Shown here in pieces: positions 17,933 to 27,018 of a stretch of 64,000 nucleotides of DNA. The stretch is taken from positions 13,923 to 77,922 of the forward strand of contig JBEIPK010000006.1 of the NCBI GenBank assembly GCA_040377095.1, given 5' to 3'. How positions within the stretch are numbered: position 1 is the first letter of the stretch; every line of letters starts with the position of its first letter. The notes beneath the pieces are model-generated. The model was given only the letters and a program-made list of their open reading frames with translations, searched no databases and had not been told where the DNA came from. The stretch is from Novosphingobium sp. GTDB taxonomy: Bacteria > Pseudomonadota > Alphaproteobacteria > Sphingomonadales > Sphingomonadaceae. The translations under genes and the position numbers were made by a program.

Positions 17933-18214
17933 CTGACAATTCTTCGCGATCCTCCATCCCCTGAAGTCGATCCCGGGGCACTGGCCCTGTCCGCGCTCGG
18001 CTGGATCCTTTCCGAGGACGACCGTGCCTCGCGGTTCCTGTCGCTCACCGGGCTGACCCCGGACGATTTGCGCGGCCGACTTGGCGAGCCGGACGTGATG
18101 GGTGCGGGAATCGATTTCTTGCTGGCGCACGAACCTGATCTGCTGGCAGCATCCGACGCGCTTGGCGTCGCGCCGACGGTGCTGGCCGACCTTCCACGGA
18201 GGCTGACGGCATGA
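17933..18214 (+). CDS. DUF3572-family protein (absent from ORF track)
   Basis: Manual translation LTILRDPPSPEVDPGALALSALGWILSEDDRASRFLSLTGLTPDDLRGRL..DFLLAHEPDLL..; stop overlaps the next ATG; no in-frame ATG, GTG or TTG near the 5' end. Confidence 0.8.
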   Translation: MTILRDPPSPEVDPGALALSALGWILSEDDRASRFLSLTGLTPDDLRGRLGEPDVMGAGIDFLLAHEPDLLAASDALGVAPTVLADLPRRLTA

Positions 18215-18846
18215 ACCGGCCCCTCGTCATCACGGACTGCGACGAAGTGCTGCTGCACATGGTCACGCCGTTTCGTGGGTGGCTCGATGAAGCCCACGGC
18301 GTCGAGTTCAGGCTCGGCCCCGGGCACGACTGGTCCCGCTCGATGACCCGGCGGGAGGGCGGAGCGCAGCTCGAGATGCCCGAAATGTGGAACTTGCTGG
18401 GCGAATTCTTCGATACGCAGATGCACCGCCAGTCGCCTTTTCCCGGCGCGGTCGAGGCCATGGCGAAGCTTGGCGAGCATGCCGACGTTGTGGTGCTCAC
18501 CAATCTCCAGGACCACCGGCAGGACGCGCGCGCGCGACAACTCGCCGATCACGGCATCAACCTGCGTGTCTACACCAACCAAGGACCGAAGGGTCCGGCA
18601 ATCAAGGCGATCCTCGATGAGTTCTCGCCCAGCCGCGCCGTGTTCATCGATGATATCGCGCAGCACCATGGCTCTGCCGCGCAGCTGGTGCCGCATGTCT
18701 CGCGGTTGCATCTCTGCGCCGAGCCAATGCTGGCATCGCACATCGAATGCGCGCACGTCGCCGGCCACGCCCATGCCCGCATCGACGACTGGCACACGGC
18801 GCTGCCCTGGCTGCTCGACCGGATCGAAGGAAAAACCGATGACTGA
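18211..18846 (+). CDS. HAD-superfamily hydrolase
   Basis: Motif I DCDEVL, LTN, K, FIDD. Confidence 0.85.
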   Translation: MNRPLVITDCDEVLLHMVTPFRGWLDEAHGVEFRLGPGHDWSRSMTRREGGAQLEMPEMWNLLGEFFDTQMHRQSPFPGAVEAMAKLGEHADVVVLTNLQDHRQDARARQLADHGINLRVYTNQGPKGPAIKAILDEFSPSRAVFIDDIAQHHGSAAQLVPHVSRLHLCAEPMLASHIECAHVAGHAHARIDDWHTALPWLLDRIEGKTDD

Positions 18847-19309
18847 CGCCGAAATCGACGCCGTTCTGGCCGGGATGGGCCTCATGCTGCCCAAACCGGC
18901 CGCGCCCGTTGCGGCCTATGTCCCCGTGGTGGTCGCGGGCGGGCTGGCGCATGTCTCCGGCCAGCTTCCTTTTGTCGGCGGCAACCTCGTCATCGGCCGC
19001 CTGGGCGAGTCCATCAGCCTGGAACGCGGCACAGAGGCAGCGCAAGCCTGCGGACTGATGATCCTGGCGCAGCTCAGGGCCGCTCTGGGTTCGCTTTCGC
19101 GCATCGAACGCATCGTCAAGCTGGGCGCCTTCGTCAGCTCGGCGCCGGATTTCACCGATCAGCCCAAGGTGGCCAACGGCGCCTCCGAACTGATGGCCGC
19201 CTTGTTCGGAGACGCAGGACGCCATGCGCGCAGCGCGGTCGGCGTGCCGGTGCTTCCACTTGGCGCAGCCGTGGAGGTGGATTGCATTGCCGCTGTTCGG
19301 ACCGATTGA
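18839..19309 (+). CDS. RidA/YjgF-family protein
   Basis: LPKPAAPVAAYVP..VSGQLP..FTDQPKVANGASEL..GRHARSAVGV..LPLGAAVEVD. Confidence 0.92.
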   Translation: MTDAEIDAVLAGMGLMLPKPAAPVAAYVPVVVAGGLAHVSGQLPFVGGNLVIGRLGESISLERGTEAAQACGLMILAQLRAALGSLSRIERIVKLGAFVSSAPDFTDQPKVANGASELMAALFGDAGRHARSAVGVPVLPLGAAVEVDCIAAVRTD

Positions 19310-20051
19310 CCGCTGGCGGGCCCCGCTTCCCGCCCCGCAGAAGGTCGAGTGGATCGACCGGGTCGTCTATGCGCATCGCGGACTTCACGGACCCCACGTG
19401 CCCGAGAATTCGCTCGCCGCGTTCGAGGCAGCCGCCGCGAGTGGTTGGGGGATTGAGCTTGACGTCCAGCGATCGAGTGACGGGCAGGCCATCGTCTTCC
19501 ACGATTGGGAGCTTGACCGTATGACGGCCGAAACCGGGCCGCTGGTCTGGCGCAGCGCCGATCAGCTGGGACGAATCAGGCTCGTCGGGGATGGCATGAT
19601 CCCCACGCTGCGGCAGGCGCTCGACACCATCGGCGGGCGGGTTCCCGTGCTCATCGAAATCAAGACCCGCGCCAGCACCCGCATGGCCGCGCTGTGCCTT
19701 GCCGTTCGCCGCGTCCTCGAAGGCTACCGCGGCGAGCATGCCGTGATCAGCTTTGATCCGCGCGTCTCACACTGGTTCGCAGTGCATTCCCCACTGACGG
19801 TGCGGGGACTGAGCTTTACCGAGGAGAGCGAGCGCACGCTGGGCGCCCGCCTGCGCCGCCGCCTCTCCCTTTGGCATGCCCGGCCCGATTTCCTGACCTA
19901 CGATCTTCGCGACATGCCCTGCCCCCTGGCGACCTACCAGCGTCGGCGGGGCCTGAAGCTGGTGGCCTGGACGATCCGCTCGGCGCAGGACCGCGAGCGA
20001 GCGCAGGCCCATGCCGACGCGTGGATCGCCGAAGGCGCGGGACTGGGCTGA
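19287..20051 (+). CDS. Glycerophosphodiester phosphodiesterase family protein
   Basis: YAHRGLH..PENSLAAF..IELDV..DG..IVFHD..L.R; EIK; WTI; probable TTG start with GGAGG upstream. Confidence 0.88.
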   Translation: MPLFGPIDRWRAPLPAPQKVEWIDRVVYAHRGLHGPHVPENSLAAFEAAAASGWGIELDVQRSSDGQAIVFHDWELDRMTAETGPLVWRSADQLGRIRLVGDGMIPTLRQALDTIGGRVPVLIEIKTRASTRMAALCLAVRRVLEGYRGEHAVISFDPRVSHWFAVHSPLTVRGLSFTEESERTLGARLRRRLSLWHARPDFLTYDLRDMPCPLATYQRRRGLKLVAWTIRSAQDRERAQAHADAWIAEGAGLG

Positions 20052-20063
20052 GGCCGCGCGGCG

Positions 20064-21200
20064 ATGGCTGACAGCGACCCCCCAACAGTCGGTATCGGCG
20101 AGGGCGTGGCCGGCGTTCCGCAGGCGGACTGGGACGCGCTGGCCGATCACGGCAACCCGTTCGTCTCGCACGATTTCCTGTCGATCATGGAACTATCGGG
20201 CAGCGTCGGTGCCCGCAGCGGCTGGCAGCCCGCCCCGCTGCTGGTCGAGATCGGCGGGAAACTCGCGGCTGCCGCACCGGCTTACGTAAAAAGCCATAGC
20301 CAAGGCGAATACGTGTTCGACCATGCTTTTGCCGATGCCTGGCACCGTGCCGGCGGGCGATACTACCCAAAGCTCCAGATCGCGGTGCCGTTCACGCCCG
20401 CGACCGGCCCGCGCCTGCTCACGAAGGACCCAGCCCTTGCCGCCACCCTGCTGCGCGCGGCCGAACAGGTTTGCAGGGACAGCGGCCTGTCCTCAGCTCA
20501 CGCGACCTTCATCGAGCCTGCGCAAGTGCCGCTGTTCGAGGCGGCCGGCTGGCTGCTGCGCGAGGATATCCAGTTCCACTGGGAGAACCGGGGCTACGCC
20601 GCGTTCGACGATTTCCTTACGGCGCTCTCGTCACGGAAACGCAAGGACATCCGCAAGGAGCGCGCCGCCGCGCAGGAGGGTGTCGAGATTCGGCGGCTCA
20701 CCGGAGACGCGATCCGGCCGGAGCATTGGGATGCCTTCTGGCAGTTCTATCAGGATACCGGCGCGCGAAAATGGGGTCAGCCCTATCTGACGCGCGAGGC
20801 GTTCACGTTGCTGGGCGAGCGCATGGCCGACCGCATTCTGCTGATCATGGCGTTCGTGGAGGGAAAACCGATTGCCGGCGCGCTCAACTTCATCGGGCGC
20901 GATGCTCTCTATGGGCGCTATTGGGGGGCCGTGGTTGACAAGCCCTTCCTGCATTTCGAGCTGTGCTATTATCAGGCGATAGATGCAGCCATCGAACACG
21001 GCCTGTCCCGGGTCGAGGCCGGCGCGCAAGGCGGGCACAAGCTGGCGAGAGGCTATGAACCGGTTCGCACGGTCTCAGCGCACCATATCGTCCATGAAGG
21101 TTTCCGCGAGGCTGTGGCCGATTACCTGTCGCGCGAAAGGCGCGGCGTGGCGCAGGACCAGATCGTTCTCGGCACGCGGATGCCGTTCCGGAAAACCTGA
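20064..21200 (+). CDS. GNAT/FemAB-like peptidoglycan biosynthesis-recognition family protein
   Basis: KSHSQGEYVFDH..YYPKLQ.AVPFTP, LYGRYWG, LHFELCYYQAID, EAGAQGGHKLARGY. Confidence 0.9.
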   Translation: MADSDPPTVGIGEGVAGVPQADWDALADHGNPFVSHDFLSIMELSGSVGARSGWQPAPLLVEIGGKLAAAAPAYVKSHSQGEYVFDHAFADAWHRAGGRYYPKLQIAVPFTPATGPRLLTKDPALAATLLRAAEQVCRDSGLSSAHATFIEPAQVPLFEAAGWLLREDIQFHWENRGYAAFDDFLTALSSRKRKDIRKERAAAQEGVEIRRLTGDAIRPEHWDAFWQFYQDTGARKWGQPYLTREAFTLLGERMADRILLIMAFVEGKPIAGALNFIGRDALYGRYWGAVVDKPFLHFELCYYQAIDAAIEHGLSRVEAGAQGGHKLARGYEPVRTVSAHHIVHEGFREAVADYLSRERRGVAQDQIVLGTRMPFRKT

Positions 21201-21204
21201 CGAA

Positions 21205-21546
21205 TCAGGCGGCTCTGAGCTGACCGGCGCGCTGTCCGGCGGATAGCCATGCGCGGGCGCGGCGCTGCGCTTCGGCAATTTCGCGCGCCGACATCTCGTC
21301 GGCAATGTCCGCGCGGCAATGCTGCGCTTCCTCGTGGCCGGCGACGGCAGCGAGGTTGAACCACTTGTGCGCCTCGATCAGGTCGCAGGCGATGCCGTGG
21401 CTTGCGGTCGAAAACGCGACGCCAAGGTCGAAATAGGCCGATACGTCGCCCCCGGCGGCAGCGGCGAGCCAGTCGGCGACAAGCAGGTCGGCTTCGAGTG
21501 TCGCGACATCGGCGCGGTCAAAACCCTTCAGGACAGTGGTTTGCAT
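21205..21546 (-). CDS. Small Sel1-like repeat protein
   Basis: A.FDLGVAFSTASHGI..DLIEAHKWFNLAA..G..A...R..IA.EM...EIAEAQR.AR.WL. Confidence 0.85.
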   Translation of the reverse strand: MQTTVLKGFDRADVATLEADLLVADWLAAAAGGDVSAYFDLGVAFSTASHGIACDLIEAHKWFNLAAVAGHEEAQHCRADIADEMSAREIAEAQRRARAWLSAGQRAGQLRAA

Positions 21547-21611
21547 CGTCTCTTTACCCCCAGCGGACCAGACCCCCTTGCCTGGCGCTGAGCCCAAGCT
21601 GATCGAACATG

Positions 21612-21627
21612 GTCAACAAGAGGTTAA
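21612..21627 (-). promoter_or_regulatory. Putative CtrA box upstream of the Sel1 gene
   Basis: Minus strand TTAA-CCTCTTG-TTGAC, one mismatch to TTAA-N7-TTAAC. Confidence 0.55.
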
Positions 21628-21825
21628 CGAAGAGGCGACTTTTTCGTTTGCAGGGTCCGTCGCGCGACCCGTCCGCCAAGAAGTGCCTTTTGGCGACCAT
21701 TGCCGCTTGTCGGTTCACGCGGGCGCAACTATAGGCGCGGCACACCGGGTTCGCCGCGTGCCTACGGAAATCTCCGGGGTGCAGGATCGGGCGGCAAGGT
21801 CTGGTTTTTTGGCGTGGAGATTCGG

Positions 21826-22284
21826 ATGGCTACCGCTTTGGGCGATGAAATCGACGTGCTGGCCAAAGCCAAGCGGTCGCTGGGATCTGATTACGTTCCC
21901 GGCGAAGCTGAACCCTATATGTCGCCTCCCCAAGCCGACTATTTCCGTCGGCTGCTTATGGCCTGGAAAAAGTCGATCCTCGAAGCCGCCGCTGGAACGC
22001 TCCAGCAATTGCAGGACGGCCCGATTCGCGAGCCCGATCTCAATGACCGGGCATCAAGCGAAACGGACTGGGGGATCGAACTGCGCACCCGCGACCGGCA
22101 GCGCAAGTTGATCGCCAAGATCGATTCGGCACTGCGCCGGATCGAGGAAGGCGAATATGGTTACTGCGAGGTCAGCGGCGAACCGATCGGGCTAGGCCGC
22201 CTGATAGCGCGGCCCATCGCGACCATGACAGTCGAAGCGCAGGAAGCACATGAGCGTCGCGAAAAGGTCTCTCGCGACGATTAA
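21826..22284 (+). CDS. dksA: RNA polymerase-binding protein DksA
   Basis: PDLNDRASSE coiled-coil tip, ELRTRDRQRKLI.KID.AL.RI..G.YGYCE..GEPIG..RL.ARP.AT. Confidence 0.95.
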   Translation: MATALGDEIDVLAKAKRSLGSDYVPGEAEPYMSPPQADYFRRLLMAWKKSILEAAAGTLQQLQDGPIREPDLNDRASSETDWGIELRTRDRQRKLIAKIDSALRRIEEGEYGYCEVSGEPIGLGRLIARPIATMTVEAQEAHERREKVSRDD

Positions 22285-22445
22285 CCTGCCCGATTTCGAA
22301 ACTTCCTGTCGTAAATCCCGGACCTTGCGGGGTCCGGTTAACGCTTTCTTTGCTGATGGCGCCTATGGATCGTGGCATGGCTGCCTGCAAACCGGCGGCA
22401 TCCGTAAACCACCGATCGAGAAGGCAAACCGGGCGCGACATGGAT

Positions 22446-22808
22446 ATGAGCGACAATAGGCAAATCGGACGCGACAGCCTGTTCCTCATGGCCGACCTGC
22501 GCCGCGAAGGGGTTCCCGGCGAGGAGCGAATCAAGGTCCGCAACCTGTCGTCAGGGGGCATGATGGGTGAAGGCGCTGTTCGCGTCGTCAGCGGCGAGAA
22601 AGTTTCGATCAACATTCGCAATATCGGCTGGGTCGCGGGCTCGGTCGCCTGGATACAGGACAATCGCTTCGGCGTGGCATTCCGCGAGGAGATCGATCCG
22701 CGGGTCGCGCGCGCGCAGATTGGCGAAGGGGCGGGCGAGCATACGCCGCGCTTCCTGCGGCCGCCGCTACCGCAGTCGCCGACATCCACGAAACTGCGCA
22801 AGATCTGA
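22446..22808 (+). CDS. PilZ-domain protein
   Basis: RQIGRDSL (RxxxR) and RNLSSGG; G.VAW....RFGVAF...ID. Confidence 0.85.
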   Translation: MSDNRQIGRDSLFLMADLRREGVPGEERIKVRNLSSGGMMGEGAVRVVSGEKVSINIRNIGWVAGSVAWIQDNRFGVAFREEIDPRVARAQIGEGAGEHTPRFLRPPLPQSPTSTKLRKI

Positions 22809-22851
22809 TCGCCAATTCCCGAAACGGCGCAAACCGGCTAGACCCCCGGTC

Positions 22852-24369
22852 ATGGCCGAACCAAGCCTCATCCGAAAACAACGCAGCGGCGCGCTTCTCC
22901 GTCGAAAGGGACGATTGGCGCCGGTCATCGCGGCGCTGCTGGCCACCGCCCTCAGTGGCTGCGGATCGGGCCGCGACGCCGAGCTCGACATCGTCGCGAT
23001 CGGCGAGCCCAAGTCGCCCTTCGCGAGCGGCGCCCGGCTCGGCCCTGCCGGGCAGACGGTGCGGCAGGCGACTGTCGAGGGACTTGTCGGTTTCGACGAA
23101 CTAGGCCGCGTCGTCCCCGCGCTCGCCGACCGCCGGATCGTTACCGACGACGGGCTGAGCTACATTTTCCGGCTGCGCGACGGCACCTGGCCCGATGGCA
23201 GCGCGATCACCAGCCAAGGCGCGCGGACCTCGCTGCTCGGCGCGATTGCCGCGCTCTCAGGCACGCCTTTCGCGCGCGACCTTGCGGACATTGGCGAAAT
23301 TCGCGCGATGGCCGGCCGCGTCATCGAGATCAGGCTGGAACGACCCGTCCCAATCCTGCTCCAGTTTCTGGCACAGCCCGAACTTGGCCTGCCATGGAAA
23401 GGCAATGGCTCGGGGCCGATGGCGCTGAAGCGCGAAGGCTACGTCGCCCTCCTCACGCCCCTTTCGCCGCAGCAGCGCGGGCTTCCCGCGATTCCTGACT
23501 GGAAGGAGCAGACCCGCACGATCCGCCTTGTCGCGCTGCGCGCCGATCAGGCGGTACGGCGCTTCAGCGAAGGCGAATCGGACGTCCTGCTCGGCGGCAG
23601 GATCGAGCATTTTCCGCTGGCGAGCGCGCTGGGCCTGTCGCGCGGCACGATCCGGCTCGATCCAGTGACCGGCCTGTTCGGGCTGGCGGTCGCGCACGAG
23701 ACCGGTTTTCTTGCCGAGACAGAAAACCGCGAGGCACTTGCCATGGCGATCGACCGCGACGCCCTGATCGCACCATTCGGGCTTGGCGGCTGGTCCCCCG
23801 CGACGCGAATCGTCGCGGCGGGCGTCGAAGGCGATCCGGGCCTCGTCGGAGAGCGCTGGACCGCACTGTCCCCCGCAGAGCGAAAGGCACAGGCAAAGGC
23901 ACGGGTCGAACGCTGGCGCGCGGGAGGCGGGGAACCAAGGCTGCGCGTGGCGCTGCCGCCCGGGCCTGGCTCTGACCTTCTGCTGGCGCGGCTGCGCAGC
24001 GACCTTGCGGAGATCGGCGTGAGGCTCGACCGCGCGCCGAACGACGCCAGCGCCGACTTGCGGCTGATCGACATAGTGGCGCGTTATCCGCGCGCCGAAT
24101 GGTTCCTCAACCAGCTGAGCTGCCAGGCGCGCCGCGCGCCGTGCACTCCGGCGGCCGACGAGCGCATGGCAGCGGCGCGGTCCTCGCACGATCCGGTCGA
24201 GCGCAGCGCCCTATTGGCCGAGGCCGAGGACGAACTGACCCATGCCAACGTGTTCATTCCCTTCGGCCAGCCGATCCGCTGGTCGCTGGTGCGCGGCCAC
24301 GTCACCGGCTTTTCCACCAATCCGTGGAACATCCATCCCTTGATGCCGATGGCCCTACGCCCCAGATAA
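22852..24369 (+). CDS. ABC transporter substrate-binding lipoprotein (family 5)
   Basis: Lipobox LSGC, EGLV.FD..G.VVPALA..DDGLSYIFRLRDG.WPDG; start uncertain. Confidence 0.85.
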   Translation: MAEPSLIRKQRSGALLRRKGRLAPVIAALLATALSGCGSGRDAELDIVAIGEPKSPFASGARLGPAGQTVRQATVEGLVGFDELGRVVPALADRRIVTDDGLSYIFRLRDGTWPDGSAITSQGARTSLLGAIAALSGTPFARDLADIGEIRAMAGRVIEIRLERPVPILLQFLAQPELGLPWKGNGSGPMALKREGYVALLTPLSPQQRGLPAIPDWKEQTRTIRLVALRADQAVRRFSEGESDVLLGGRIEHFPLASALGLSRGTIRLDPVTGLFGLAVAHETGFLAETENREALAMAIDRDALIAPFGLGGWSPATRIVAAGVEGDPGLVGERWTALSPAERKAQAKARVERWRAGGGEPRLRVALPPGPGSDLLLARLRSDLAEIGVRLDRAPNDASADLRLIDIVARYPRAEWFLNQLSCQARRAPCTPAADERMAAARSSHDPVERSALLAEAEDELTHANVFIPFGQPIRWSLVRGHVTGFSTNPWNIHPLMPMALRPR

Positions 24370-24384
24370 TGGGCGCTTCAGATA

Positions 24385-24840
24385 ATGCCTTCGCGGATTT
24401 GCCCGCGCCAAGGGAGACCGAACGTGCCACAGACCGGGTCCGCCCGCCCCATGCGCAACGCCTTTCCGGCCGGGCGCGATCCACGTTCGGTGCGGCAACG
24501 CGTCGAGGCGCTGGAAACGCTGCTGGAACGCGGCTTTACCGTGCCCGGCACCAGCATCCCGGTTGGGCTTGACGCGATCATCGGCCTGGTCCCTGTCGCG
24601 GGCGACATCGTGACCGGCGCGATGGGGCTCTATCTCGTCTGGGAGGGCCGAAACCTTGGCATGTCAAGATGGCAGCTCGCGCGCATGATGGGCCATGTCG
24701 GGATCGATTCGCTGCTCGGCGCGGTACCGGTAGTGGGCGACCTGTTCGACTTTGCCTACCGTTCAAACACCCGCAACCTGCGGATCATCCGGCGCCACCT
24801 TGACCGGCACCATCCCGGCACGCGGACGATCGATGCCTGA
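24385..24840 (+). CDS. DUF4112-domain membrane protein
   Basis: F.VPGT...VGLDAIIGLVPVAGD..ID.LLGAVP.VGDLFD...RSNTRN. Confidence 0.88.
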   Translation: MPSRICPRQGRPNVPQTGSARPMRNAFPAGRDPRSVRQRVEALETLLERGFTVPGTSIPVGLDAIIGLVPVAGDIVTGAMGLYLVWEGRNLGMSRWQLARMMGHVGIDSLLGAVPVVGDLFDFAYRSNTRNLRIIRRHLDRHHPGTRTIDA

Positions 24841-25099
24841 GGTCCGAATCCGGGCGCGCGGCGCGGCGCTTCTTGCCATGTCGCTCAGTCTTGCCGCCTG
24901 CGGTCAGGGCGAGAACTCGCCCGGCCCCGGCGGGGTGACGCGGGGCGAGGCACGGGCACTCGACGAAGCGGCGCGGATGCTGGACGAGCGTCGCCTGCCT
25001 GCAAATGCGCTTGTCATTCCGGGGAGCGGTGCATCGCGGCCCGCCGCCGTCCCTTCGGCGCTACCTGCGTCGACCGCAAGCGCATCGACCGCGCCCTGA
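24833..25099 (+). CDS. Small lipoprotein
   Basis: Lipobox LAAC then PGPGGVT.GEA.ALD.AA.ML; Ala/Ser/Pro-rich tail. Confidence 0.7.
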   Translation: MPEVRIRARGAALLAMSLSLAACGQGENSPGPGGVTRGEARALDEAARMLDERRLPANALVIPGSGASRPAAVPSALPASTASASTAP

Positions 25100-25103
25100 G
25101 GTT

Positions 25104-25679
25104 TCAGGCGCGCCCGGTCGTGCTGGCAAGGTGACCGGGATCGAGTCCCTCGGCCCGCCAGCAGGCCTGCCAGCGTTCCGAAGCTTCCTGCTCGAACAGC
25201 ACTTCGCTGCGCCCCGCAGCCGCGAACCAGCCGTGGCGGCGCATCTCGCCATCCAGCTGCCCTGCCGACCAGCCGGCATAACCCAGCGCGACCAGCCATT
25301 GCTTCGGGCCGCGCCCCTCGGCAATGGCGCGCAGGATCTCCACCGAGGCCGAGAGCGAACAGAGCGGCGCGACGGATACCGTGCCCCCGCTGTTCCAGTC
25401 AGCCGAATGCAGAACGAAACCGCGCCCCGGCTCGACCGGCCCGCCGTGATGGACAGGGCAATCGGGCGCCACGCCCGGATCGATCTTGAGCTCATCGAGC
25501 AGCGCGTGGAGCCGCACCTTAGGCCGAAGCTGGCCCACGCCCACCCCGAACGCGCCGTTGCTGTCGTGCTTGCACAAGGCAATCACGGCATGGTCGAAGC
25601 GGGGATCGCCCATGCCGGGCATGGCAAGCAACAGCCGGCCCGAGAGATACTCGGCTGAAAGAGTTTTCGCCTTTGTCAT
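25104..25679 (-). CDS. YqgE/AlgH family protein
   Basis: LLLAMPGMGDPRF..AV, GGPVEPGRGFVLHS, LGYAGW..GQL. Confidence 0.93.
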   Translation of the reverse strand: MTKAKTLSAEYLSGRLLLAMPGMGDPRFDHAVIALCKHDSNGAFGVGVGQLRPKVRLHALLDELKIDPGVAPDCPVHHGGPVEPGRGFVLHSADWNSGGTVSVAPLCSLSASVEILRAIAEGRGPKQWLVALGYAGWSAGQLDGEMRRHGWFAAAGRSEVLFEQEASERWQACWRAEGLDPGHLASTTGRA

Positions 25680-25741
25680 CGCTTACCACATATGGCCTGA
25701 AACGCGGCTGACAAGGCTCGCGTGCCGCGAAGCGCACGCAA

Positions 25742-26977
25742 TCACACGCTTTGAGCGCGGGCGGGGAACCCTTCGTCCAGATAGTGCCGCGCCAGTCCGG
25801 CAAGCAGCGCCGCGCCGCGCGGCATCACGCTCTCGTCCAGCATCATGCGGGTGGAGTGAATCCCGCAGCACTGCAACCAATCCGCGCCTTCGTGCGCGAA
25901 GCCGAGGAAGAACATCGCGCCGGGCACTTTTTCAAGGACATAGGAGAAGTCCTCCGCCCCCATGATGGGATCGGCCATGCGCAGGAAGGCTTGCGGGCCG
26001 AACATGCCCTGCGCCACCTTTTCGCCAAGGTCGACCGCCCGTGCATCGTTGATGGTCACGGGGAAGCCCTCCTCGATCGACACCTCCGCCTCCAGTCCGT
26101 GCGCCGCCGCGATGCCGCAGGCGAGCTGAGTCACCTCGCCGCGCAGCCGCTCGCGGTGCCCAGCCGAGAGCGAACGCATCGTGCCGAGCATCCGCGCACT
26201 ATCCGCGATGACGTTATGCGCGCTCCCCGCCTCGATCTTGCTGATGGTCACGACCACAGGGTCCATGACCGTGAACTTGCGCGTCACCATAGACTGGATC
26301 GCCGACACGATCTCGCAGGCAACCGGCAATGGATCGAGCGTCTGGTGCGGCATCGAGGCGTGGCCGCCCCGCCCCTTGACGACAATCGCCAGCTGATCGG
26401 CGCTGGCCAGCATCGGCCCGGCCCGGCCGCCGACAACGCCGTGCGGTGCGTTGGGCATGACATGCAGCGCAAAGGCGGCGTCCGGCAGCGGCATGTCCTG
26501 CCCCTCGCCGCCAAGCAGTCCATCGTCGAGCATGAAGCGCGCGCCGTGCCAGCCTTCCTCGCCCGGCTGGAACATGAAACGCACCTCGCCTTTGAGCGTC
26601 GAGGCGTTTCTGCAAAGCACTTCGGCCGCGCCCGCCAGCATTGCGACATGCGCGTCGTGCCCGCAGGCGTGCATCGTGCCGGGCACCGCTGAGGCAAAAT
26701 CGAGCCCGGTCTCCTCGGGCATGGGCAGCGCGTCCATGTCGCCGCGCAGCAGGACGCTGCGACCCGCTCCTGCCCCGCCCTTGAGGACGGCGACCAGCCC
26801 GGTGGTCGAAGGTCCCTCGCGCCACGTCAGCGGCAGGTGCGCCAGCGCTGCGCGTACCTTGTCGCGGGTGCGCGGCGTGTGAAGGCCAAGTTCCGGGTCG
26901 GCATGGATCGCACGGCGCAGCGCCGTCAGCCCGCCGGCAAGGGCCGTTGCATCGTCAATCAGATCTCCATGGAGCAT
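25742..26977 (-). CDS. M20 family amidohydrolase
   Basis: RRAIHADPELG, LRGDMDALP, MHACGHDAH, FQPGEEG, GGHAS.P, AEDFS. Confidence 0.92.
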   Translation of the reverse strand: MLHGDLIDDATALAGGLTALRRAIHADPELGLHTPRTRDKVRAALAHLPLTWREGPSTTGLVAVLKGGAGAGRSVLLRGDMDALPMPEETGLDFASAVPGTMHACGHDAHVAMLAGAAEVLCRNASTLKGEVRFMFQPGEEGWHGARFMLDDGLLGGEGQDMPLPDAAFALHVMPNAPHGVVGGRAGPMLASADQLAIVVKGRGGHASMPHQTLDPLPVACEIVSAIQSMVTRKFTVMDPVVVTISKIEAGSAHNVIADSARMLGTMRSLSAGHRERLRGEVTQLACGIAAAHGLEAEVSIEEGFPVTINDARAVDLGEKVAQGMFGPQAFLRMADPIMGAEDFSYVLEKVPGAMFFLGFAHEGADWLQCCGIHSTRMMLDESVMPRGAALLAGLARHYLDEGFPARAQSV

Positions 26978-27018
26978 GCCGGCATAGTAACCCTTGCCGC
27001 CGCCCTGTCGAGAGGCGC

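Noticed and set aside
21826-22284. DksA lacking the four-Cys zinc finger
   Set aside because: Single-Cys, zinc-free DksA is normal in Alphaproteobacteria
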